Of a DNA stretch of 33,099 nt, positions 17,449 through 23,457 are shown piece after piece (positions within the stretch are counted from its first letter, which is position 1; each line of letters opens with the position of its first letter). Under the pieces are notes generated by a model that made no database searches, was not told the origin of the DNA, and saw only the letters and a list, made by a program, of their open reading frames with translations. The DNA is from a virus. The stretch is taken from IMG/VR virus record IMGVR_UViG_3300045988_127900; one strand, 5' to 3'. Made by a program: the position numbers and the translations under genes.

Positions 17449-17883
17449 CTAAAATGACGACTCGTATATTCTAGTCATATTCATTAAGCAATTTGGACAT
17501 ATAGCAACAGTTTCCAACTGTTCAAAAACACTTACATTCTCATCATATTTTGCCAAGATAGGAAACGAGGTTAGTTCCTCAGAGTCAGCAAATATTTTTC
17601 CGCATTTCTCACAACAAGCAATATCAGCAAATATTTCCTCTCGCTCTTCAACTTTATTAGTCCACAATTTAAATTCTACAAATTCATTTTCTTCTTTGCT
17701 CTCAACTTCTCGCTTATGCTTACTTAATATATCTAATGCTTTCTCTGCATTTTCTTCTGTACAAGAGTCAATACTTTCAACTTCTCCAAAACAAACTATG
17801 TTGTTATTATTTGTTTCTATAACTCTAAATTCCTCAATAAATTCTTTGATTTCTTTTGAGTTTTCAAATTCTATTTTTATCAT
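17449..17883 (-). CDS. Acidic zinc-ribbon early protein
   Basis: 144 aa, strongly acidic. CCEKCGK...CPNC is a four-Cys ribbon. AAGGAGG RBS. Confidence 0.55.
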   Translation of the reverse strand: MIKIEFENSKEIKEFIEEFRVIETNNNNIVCFGEVESIDSCTEENAEKALDILSKHKREVESKEENEFVEFKLWTNKVEEREEIFADIACCEKCGKIFADSEELTSFPILAKYDENVSVFEQLETVAICPNCLMNMTRIYESSF

Positions 17884-17950
17884 TTTCCAACCTCCTTATT
17901 TATTTTTTTACTTTTTTTAATTGGTTTAGCGTAGCCGTCAAAGTACGCTT

Positions 17951-18133
17951 TTAACAAATAATTTGTTCTATTTCTTTTACTGCTTCATTTAGTTTATTAA
18001 CATCTAAAATATCATTCTCAACAATGTTTTCTATTGTCTTTGCATTTAAAATACAGTCAACTATTCTTTGCTTTTCCTCACTCATATCTAAGTACAAAAT
18101 TGCATTTCTTAAAATTCTTTCTTCTCTAGTCAT
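17951..18133 (-). CDS. Hypothetical protein, first gene of the early leftward operon
   Basis: 60 aa. GGAGG RBS. Directly downstream of a consensus promoter. Confidence 0.5.
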   Translation of the reverse strand: MTREERILRNAILYLDMSEEKQRIVDCILNAKTIENIVENDILDVNKLNEAVKEIEQIIC

Positions 18134-18171
18134 AGAAACAACCTCCTGACTCCTATTGCGAATATATTTAT

Positions 18172-18200
18172 ATTATAGTGCGTAATAAGGGGCAAGTCAA
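18172..18200 (-). promoter_or_regulatory. Early leftward promoter, TTGACT-17-TATAAT
   Basis: Minus strand reads TTGACT tgccccttattacgcac TATAAT. Confidence 0.7.
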
Positions 18201-18253
18201 TAACTTTTACTAATTTATTTTCGCAAAACTACGCCCTAATGCGTTTTTTTGCG

Positions 18254-18282
18254 TTGACTTACGGGCAACTTTACTGTAAAAT
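18254..18282 (+). promoter_or_regulatory. Repressor-gene promoter, TTGACT-17-TAAAAT
   Basis: Plus strand reads TTGACT tacgggcaactttactg TAAAAT, then AAAGGAG RBS and ATG 18306. Confidence 0.65.
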
Positions 18283-18305
18283 TAAGCTATGAAAGGAGTT
18301 TTAAA

Positions 18306-18659
18306 ATGAATACTAGAATTAGAGACTTGCGAATTGCAGAGGGGCTATCTCAAATCGAATTTGGGAACAAGCTAGGAATGACTAGACACGAAATTTACAA
18401 TCTTGAAAGTGGAAGAACACGAATAAAAGAAAGTGATTTAAAATTAATAACTTCAACATTTAAGGTAAACGAAAAATGGCTAAAAACAGGCGAAGGCGAT
18501 ATGTATACTTTTTCAAACAATAACTTAATAACAGCAGAAGTCTTATGCGCAATAGATAAGAATGAACGTCTTGCTAAAGCAATGTTAAAATTTAGCAAGT
18601 TAAATGACAAAGAATTAGAGGCAATGGAAAAGCTACTAGAATTATTTCAAAAAGAATAA
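18306..18659 (+). CDS. XRE-family HTH repressor (CI-like, no S24 peptidase domain)
   Basis: LSQIEFGNKLGMTRHEIYNLESG is an HTH_3 motif. Divergent from the early operon. Confidence 0.85.
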   Translation: MNTRIRDLRIAEGLSQIEFGNKLGMTRHEIYNLESGRTRIKESDLKLITSTFKVNEKWLKTGEGDMYTFSNNNLITAEVLCAIDKNERLAKAMLKFSKLNDKELEAMEKLLELFQKE

Positions 18660-18871
18660 AAGGCTATCATCTTAAATTTGATAGTCTTTTCATATGTACA
18701 TATTTATTTTTTAGTTTTTTGCTTTAAATACAGATAAATAATCTCCAATATATCCTTATCCCCTACTTTGTCCAACATTTCTTTTATTTCTTCTTTCAAC
18801 CAAATCATCCCCCTATATGCAAGTAGAATAATACATTCTTAAAATTTGTAAAAAAATAACTTACAATTTTA

Positions 18872-18900
18872 ATTATACCCCCTTTTGTTCGATATTACAA
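18872..18900 (-). promoter_or_regulatory. Candidate promoter TTGTAA-17-TATAAT
   Basis: Minus strand reads TTGTAA tatcgaacaaaaggggg TATAAT. It faces the 3' end of the repressor gene. Confidence 0.5.
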
Positions 18901-18918
18901 GAACACATGTACGATTTT

Positions 18919-18947
18919 TTGTCGCAATTAAACATTTATACTACAAT
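18919..18947 (+). promoter_or_regulatory. Candidate promoter TTGTCG-17-TACAAT
   Basis: Plus strand reads TTGTCG caattaaacatttatac TACAAT. Back-to-back with the 18872-18900 promoter. Confidence 0.45.
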
Positions 18948-18953
18948 AATAGT

Positions 18954-19125
18954 ACCTTTTAGCAAATTTTGCTACTGGAAAATACTTCCAATTTCAAAAA
19001 ATACTGAATTTTCTTGCATATAAAAGTCGTAAGGTCAGAAATTCTAACCTTACATCAAAAAGTCAACGGGTCTGAAATTAATATATATATATATATATAA
19101 ATCAGACCCGTTGACTTTTTGTTTA
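18954..19125 (+). ncRNA. Candidate ~170-nt non-coding RNA
   Basis: Runs from the promoter at 18919-18947 to the 20-bp-stem terminator. No ATG with an RBS inside. Contains small palindromes TAGCAAATTTTGCTA and GTAAGGT...ACCTTAC. Confidence 0.3.
19056..19121. terminator. Bidirectional terminator / 66-bp palindrome with (AT)9 centre
   Basis: CAAAAAGTCAACGGGTCTGA, then a 26-nt AT loop including (AT)9, then TCAGACCCGTTGACTTTTTG. Perfect 20-bp arms with T-runs on both strands. Lies between convergent transcription units. Confidence 0.7.
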
Positions 19126-19181
19126 GATGCAAATTTCTAATTGTTCTTTTGATTCTGTTTCTTTTTTGATTAAATACAATT

Positions 19182-19529
19182 TTAATCAACTACAATTAAT
19201 TCTGCCCCAGCTGGTAAATTAATTTTTATAAGTTCTAGTAAAAGTTGTTTTGAAAGCTCCTCCCTTAAATCCTGTTCTTGATATTGAAGTTCAAAAAAGT
19301 ACTTATCAACTTCTTCATCATAATAAAAATTATACTCATGATATGCCGAATTTTCTTCTAACAATTCTCTGTATCCAAGATTAATGCCTATAGGTATAAA
19401 TTTATCTTTATTTTTTATATCTTTTATGAAATTATCATAGTCATTAAAAGCTCGTATTAAAAGCTCTGAAAACTCATAACTCACACTCACTATATATTTA
19501 TTTTTAACTTTAATATCTAATTCAAACAT
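19182..19529 (-). CDS. Hypothetical protein co-transcribed with the helicase
   Basis: 115 aa. 46-nt gap after the helicase stop. Confidence 0.5.
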   Translation of the reverse strand: MFELDIKVKNKYIVSVSYEFSELLIRAFNDYDNFIKDIKNKDKFIPIGINLGYRELLEENSAYHEYNFYYDEEVDKYFFELQYQEQDLREELSKQLLLELIKINLPAGAELIVVD

Positions 19530-19575
19530 CCTTTTTATCTCCTTATGTAAATATTTTTGAAATTTATTTTTGTCT

Positions 19576-21741
19576 CTACATAAAACCTTTTAATAACAAT
19601 AGTTTTTCATCTTCATCTAAAGAGTTCAACATCCTGTCTTTTGTATATTTTATAGCATTTTCTAAACTCTTATCTTTTTCGTCTAATTCTAAATCTTTTT
19701 TTATGTCATCTACAGTTATATATCTTTTTATATTATTAAGTTGTATTCGTTTTTTTTCAAACTGGCATGATATAGGATTTATATTTTTATAAAAAAACAT
19801 AGTTTCTATATCATGCCAGTTACTATATTTTTTCTTTTCTATAATAAAAATCCCATTCAGTGTAACGCTTAGCTTTTTAGTTGTTAAATCCCAGTTTTCC
19901 CCTAAAATTGTTCTTAAGTCGTTACTTAACTCTTGTAAATGCAATTCTTTATAAGATGTTCCAATTCCAAACAATTTATCTATATAATTAAATACTGTAA
20001 CTTGAATAAGTTCATCATTTAAAAACTCTGGATATTCCTCTTTTAATTCTCTATATATTAAAGTATTTATTTTATTAAATATTGCCCCACGTCTTTTGTT
20101 TGCTGTATTCGCTAGTTTCCAAGCAAGGTCTAAGTCGAACTTATTATCTAGTACATAATTAGAATATAGTTCTAACATGCTATTACTTTTACTTTTCTTT
20201 ACCAAATTATGTATGTCATACGCTCTGTAAGCCTCTAAGCACCCTTTTGAACTTAGTTTCATATCATTATGATACTGCATTAGTGAAAAGCTCTTAGAAT
20301 CGCTTTTAATCTGTCTATAACCTACTAGAATTTCTTTATGTTCTTTTAAAATTTCTCTTGTTGCATCTTTAATTTCTTTTACAACTTTCTTGTACTCTTT
20401 TAACTCTTTTTCATTTGTGCCAACTTCTTTAGCGTCAGTTATATTAACATTTTCAAAATATTCTTCTAATAGCACTTTAAAACTTTGAATTGTTCTTGTA
20501 TTGTAATAGTTGCTGTAAACTTGACTTTTTATATATAATTTATCTACTTTATAGCAATTATCTTTTGTACAGTAGTACACATTTGAGTCTATGCGAATTG
20601 GCGTTGCATTTATTCCAACTGTTTCAAACTGTAACATGTGTTTAGATACTTTGTTATAAGCATCTTTTAAGATAGTTGCTTTTTCTATATTTTTGTTAAC
20701 TAGCCATTCAATTTTGTATACATTGCACTCTTCTTCATATTTATTGAATATGTGTACATTTACTTTTTTTAAGTTTCTAAACCTTGCAACATACTGTTTT
20801 ATAGCTCCAACATCTTTTATATTAACAATAATTATATCTGTGATATCTTTGTTGTTTATATTTACACCAGCTAGGATTGTTGTTGTATTTAAAAGCGTTT
20901 CATAGTCTTTCATGTCTGAATTTTTAACTATTCTATTGTACAATTCATTTTCTTCTTTTCCATCTGCATATACAACTCCAACTTTTTTGTTCACTGAATC
21001 TCTTATAAATTCTAATGTTGATATATCATTCATCAACATGGCGCTGTTTTTAGATTTATTTATTATGTTAATCATTTCAGTAAAATTTTTATTGTCAAAG
21101 TCGTTGTACAATTTAACTTTATATTCTGTTTTTTGCTTTTGAGTGTACTCTATTATGTAGTCATATATTTCAAATTCAAGTTTTGTTGGTGTTGCTGTAA
21201 TGTCTATTCTTCCTTTGCACTTAGACATTATATTATTTAGATTTTTTATTGCTTTTCCTCGATATGCATCTGTATAAGTTTGATGTATTTCATCAACTAC
21301 AATTATGTATTCACTTAAGTCTGTGTTTATAAGTTTTTCAGTTTTATCCCAAGTCATTACAACTAAGTTACCATTTTTAAATGCTTCGCTAACAGGTATT
21401 TTGTCATATGCTCCTGGTATATCATACTCGTGCATTGCCTGCTCCACATTTGAAGCATTTGGAAGTATGAATAACGCTTTTGTTTTTAATTTTTTTAATG
21501 TATTTATAAAGCTATAACTTTTTCCTGCTCCTGTCGGTGCAATAAACAGGGTTTTCCCGCCATTTATCGCGTTGGCTATAGCCGTTTTAATTCCTAGTTT
21601 TTTTTCGTTTATATATTTTTTTATTTCATATGTTTCATGTCTATTGAAATTTGAATAATTTTCTTTTTCATGCTCTGCTCTTTCAGCGCTACATTCTTCT
21701 AAAAACATCTTATCTATATTATTTTTATTAACATTCTTCAT
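19576..21741 (-). CDS. SF2 (DEAD/DEAH-like) helicase with ~390-aa C-terminal region of unknown function; candidate replication protein
   Basis: APTGAGKS (motif I), VVDEIH (II), ITATP (III) and QYVARFRN (VI). Preferred start is ATG 21739-21741, 6 nt after GGAGGG. The tracked GTG at 21762 is unlikely. Confidence 0.8.
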   Translation of the reverse strand: MKNVNKNNIDKMFLEECSAERAEHEKENYSNFNRHETYEIKKYINEKKLGIKTAIANAINGGKTLFIAPTGAGKSYSFINTLKKLKTKALFILPNASNVEQAMHEYDIPGAYDKIPVSEAFKNGNLVVMTWDKTEKLINTDLSEYIIVVDEIHQTYTDAYRGKAIKNLNNIMSKCKGRIDITATPTKLEFEIYDYIIEYTQKQKTEYKVKLYNDFDNKNFTEMINIINKSKNSAMLMNDISTLEFIRDSVNKKVGVVYADGKEENELYNRIVKNSDMKDYETLLNTTTILAGVNINNKDITDIIIVNIKDVGAIKQYVARFRNLKKVNVHIFNKYEEECNVYKIEWLVNKNIEKATILKDAYNKVSKHMLQFETVGINATPIRIDSNVYYCTKDNCYKVDKLYIKSQVYSNYYNTRTIQSFKVLLEEYFENVNITDAKEVGTNEKELKEYKKVVKEIKDATREILKEHKEILVGYRQIKSDSKSFSLMQYHNDMKLSSKGCLEAYRAYDIHNLVKKSKSNSMLELYSNYVLDNKFDLDLAWKLANTANKRRGAIFNKINTLIYRELKEEYPEFLNDELIQVTVFNYIDKLFGIGTSYKELHLQELSNDLRTILGENWDLTTKKLSVTLNGIFIIEKKKYSNWHDIETMFFYKNINPISCQFEKKRIQLNNIKRYITVDDIKKDLELDEKDKSLENAIKYTKDRMLNSLDEDEKLLLLKGFM

Positions 21742-21748
21742 CTTTATC

Positions 21749-21769
21749 CCTCCAATTTCCACCTGGAGG
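21749..21769 (-). promoter_or_regulatory. Anti-SD hairpin sequestering the helicase RBS
   Basis: Minus-strand RNA reads CCUCCA-gguggaaau-UGGAGG, where UGGAGG is the Shine-Dalgarno sequence 6 nt before the ATG. Confidence 0.45.
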
Positions 21770-21828
21770 CTGACGCTCTTTTTTTGATTTTTTGTAATAA
21801 TTTTACTATTAAAATTACCTTAAAACCA

Positions 21829-21857
21829 TTGTGTTTTTCTACACTTTGTCTTATAAT
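21829..21857 (+). promoter_or_regulatory. Promoter TTGTGT-17-TATAAT for the small RNA
   Basis: Plus strand reads TTGTGT ttttctacactttgtct TATAAT. Confidence 0.6.
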
Positions 21858-21863
21858 ATAAAT

Positions 21864-21969
21864 ATAAGTATAGAAAAACAAGGATATATTATCCTTAAGA
21901 GAGGTCTAACCTCCGGTGTAAGGAACATGGTTTGTTTGACGGCAAGTACATGTTCCTTGTTTATTTTTT
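21864..21969 (+). ncRNA. Structured ~105-nt small RNA, antisense to the probable helicase leader (ctRNA-like)
   Basis: Promoter as above. Hairpins AAGGATA-tat-TATCCTT (21880-21896) and GAGGT-cta-ACCTC (21901-21913). Terminator AAGGAACATG-19 nt-CATGTTCCTT plus GTTTATTTTTT (21920-21969). No ORF. Confidence 0.55.
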
Positions 21970-22020
21970 GTAGATTTTTTTAAACCAATTAAAAAAAGTT
22001 TTCTGTTCGTTATGATTATA

Positions 22021-22034
22021 ATTATATCACATTT
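22021..22034 (-). promoter_or_regulatory. Extended -10 promoter (AAATGTGATATAAT) that would give the helicase mRNA a ~270-nt leader
   Basis: Minus strand reads aaaTGtGATATAAT (TGATATAAT = TGnTATAAT). The same 14-mer drives the antitoxin-like RNA at 23186-23199. Confidence 0.4.
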
Positions 22035-22109
22035 AATTTATAAAAAAATATACTGTTTTAAAAAATCAATTAAATTTTAGAAATAATTTTTTTAAATGTT
22101 AAATTTTGC

Positions 22110-22143
22110 TAAGACTTAGTGTACAAACTAAGTCTTATTTTTT
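22110..22143 (+). terminator. Perfect 11-bp inverted repeat plus T6: terminator/insulator or operator overlapping the exonuclease promoter
   Basis: TAAGACTTAGT-gtacaa-ACTAAGTCTTA-TTTTTT. TATAAT at 22143-22148, with TGTACA 17 nt upstream inside the loop. Confidence 0.5.
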
Positions 22144-22173
22144 ATAATTAAACTGTAAAGGGGGAATGACTTT

Positions 22174-22896
22174 GTGTTTAATTCAGTAAAAAGATTTTTA
22201 AAAACATTAAAAGAACCAGCTTTAACTGAGTTCGATATTGCAAAACAATACGATTTTAGCAAAGAACTTTCTAGTGATATAATCAGTTCTTTTAAAAGTC
22301 AAAAAGAAATTGAGTACGAAAAATTTATTAAATTTACAAATTCTAAAAATAAAGTTTTAGAGCATTATATTGTCTTTGATGTAGAGACAACTGGTTTAGA
22401 TGCTTCCAAAGAAGATATTATCGAGATAGCAGCTATTAAATTTGAAAGGGATGTCCCAAGCGAAATTTTTAGCACATTTGTGAAGCCAAGTAAAAGCATA
22501 AGAAAAAAGATAACTGATATAACAGGAATAACAGACGAAGACGTTGTTAATGCTCCAAGCATTGAGGAAGTGCTTCCGCACTTTTTGAATTTTATAAGTG
22601 ATTATACTCTTATAGCTCATAACGCTATTTTTGACATGGAATTTATATTAGATAAATTATATAAGAATGGATATAAAAAAATTACTAATAAGGTTATAGA
22701 TACATTAACTTTGTCAAGAAAGTACATAAGAACTTATGAGGGTAAAAAACTAAAAAGTTATTCTTTGCCTTCTTTGCACGAAGAATTAGGATTGAATTAT
22801 AGTTCTCATAGAGCATTAGAAGATTGCAAGAGTTGCGCATCAGTTTATAAAGCTTGTAAAAGCGAAATGAAGTTTAAAGATGAATTAGTTTATTAG
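22174..22896 (+). CDS. DnaQ-like DEDDh 3'-5' exonuclease with ~65-aa N-terminal extension
   Basis: FDVETTG (Exo I), AHNAIFDMEF (Exo II) and HRALEDC (Exo III). GTG start 8 nt after AAAGGGGGA. Confidence 0.85.
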   Translation: MFNSVKRFLKTLKEPALTEFDIAKQYDFSKELSSDIISSFKSQKEIEYEKFIKFTNSKNKVLEHYIVFDVETTGLDASKEDIIEIAAIKFERDVPSEIFSTFVKPSKSIRKKITDITGITDEDVVNAPSIEEVLPHFLNFISDYTLIAHNAIFDMEFILDKLYKNGYKKITNKVIDTLTLSRKYIRTYEGKKLKSYSLPSLHEELGLNYSSHRALEDCKSCASVYKACKSEMKFKDELVY

Positions 22897-22911
22897 TTAG
22901 TTGTTAAAATA

Positions 22912-22920
22912 TGTTATAAT
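22912..22920 (+). promoter_or_regulatory. Extended -10 promoter (TGTTATAAT) of the toxin mRNA
   Basis: TGnTATAAT ~90 nt upstream of the toxin ATG. Homologous to the convergent promoter at 23186-23194. Confidence 0.5.
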
Positions 22921-23012
22921 AATTTTAGCAAGGAAAAAATGATTGAAAAGCGTAAGGGTGGCTATTTCCATATTTAAACGCCAAATTCCATAACGGAAGG
23001 AGGTGGAACAGT

Positions 23013-23120
23013 ATGGTGATAAATTTTTTATTGAGTATACTAGCTGGTGTTATATCAGCTTTCATATATGATAAAATAAAAAACCACTCAAACGCGACTA
23101 AGAGTGGTTTAAGAAAATAA
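23013..23120 (+). CDS. Type I toxin-like small membrane peptide (35 aa, not in ORF track)
   Basis: MVINFLLSILAGVISAFIYDKIKNHSNATKSGLRK has one hydrophobic helix and a charged tail. Strong RBS GGAAGGAGGTGG. A convergent antisense RNA overlaps its 3' end. Confidence 0.65.
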   Translation: MVINFLLSILAGVISAFIYDKIKNHSNATKSGLRK

Positions 23121-23180
23121 GTTATTTTTCAAAGCATTGGAAATAGCTACTCTTGTGTAAGGTAAATCATTATTTCCTTG
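23075..23180 (-). ncRNA. Candidate antitoxin antisense RNA
   Basis: Extended -10 TGATATAAT at 23186-23194 (minus strand). Terminator AACCACTC-12 nt-GAGTGGTT plus TTTTTTATTTT on the minus strand, inside the last codons of the toxin ORF. Confidence 0.5.
23080..23109. repeat. 30-bp direct repeat, copy 1 (AAAACCACTCAAACGCGACTAAGAGTGGTT)
   Basis: Identical 30-mer at 23257-23286. Forms an 8-bp-stem hairpin. Confidence 0.9.
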
Positions 23181-23256
23181 CTTTTATTATATCACATTTT
23201 TTAAAAAAAGATACAATTTTACATCACTTCATATATGTTAATTAGTTTAAAAACAC

Positions 23257-23286
23257 AAAACCACTCAAACGCGACTAAGAGTGGTT
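23257..23286. repeat. 30-bp direct repeat, copy 2; sits in a degenerate toxin-tail remnant
   Basis: Identical to 23080-23109. The surrounding frame reads MLISLKTQNHSNATKSGWEF... with no RBS and no hydrophobic helix. Confidence 0.85.
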
Positions 23287-23358
23287 GGGAATTTGATTTA
23301 AAAATCAAATTCAAAAAGTCTAGATAATTTTTTACTTTAATTGTATTTATATTATTTG

Positions 23359-23420
23359 AATATTGTAATTAACAATATTAATATATTGTTGCAATATTAT
23401 AAAAACAATACTACAATATT
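23359..23420. promoter_or_regulatory. Cluster of AATATTG/CAATATT boxes upstream of parA (candidate centromere/operator)
   Basis: Boxes at 23359, 23373, 23383, 23392, 23406 and 23414, some arranged as inverted pairs. Confidence 0.5.
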
Positions 23421-23457
23421 ATTATAATATTATAAATATAATAATGAGGTGGAGAAA

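Noticed and set aside
19056-19121. Palindrome with AT core as a telomere-resolution site of a linear N15-like phage-plasmid
   Set aside because: No protelomerase-like gene is present, and the contig closes as a circle. A terminator or cruciform role is more economical.
21864-21969. Structured RNA as a retron msr/msd, a tRNA-like element or a riboswitch
   Set aside because: There is no reverse transcriptase anywhere in the genome and no cloverleaf. The RNA ends in its own terminator with no downstream gene in the same orientation before another terminator. An antisense regulator of the helicase leader fits better.
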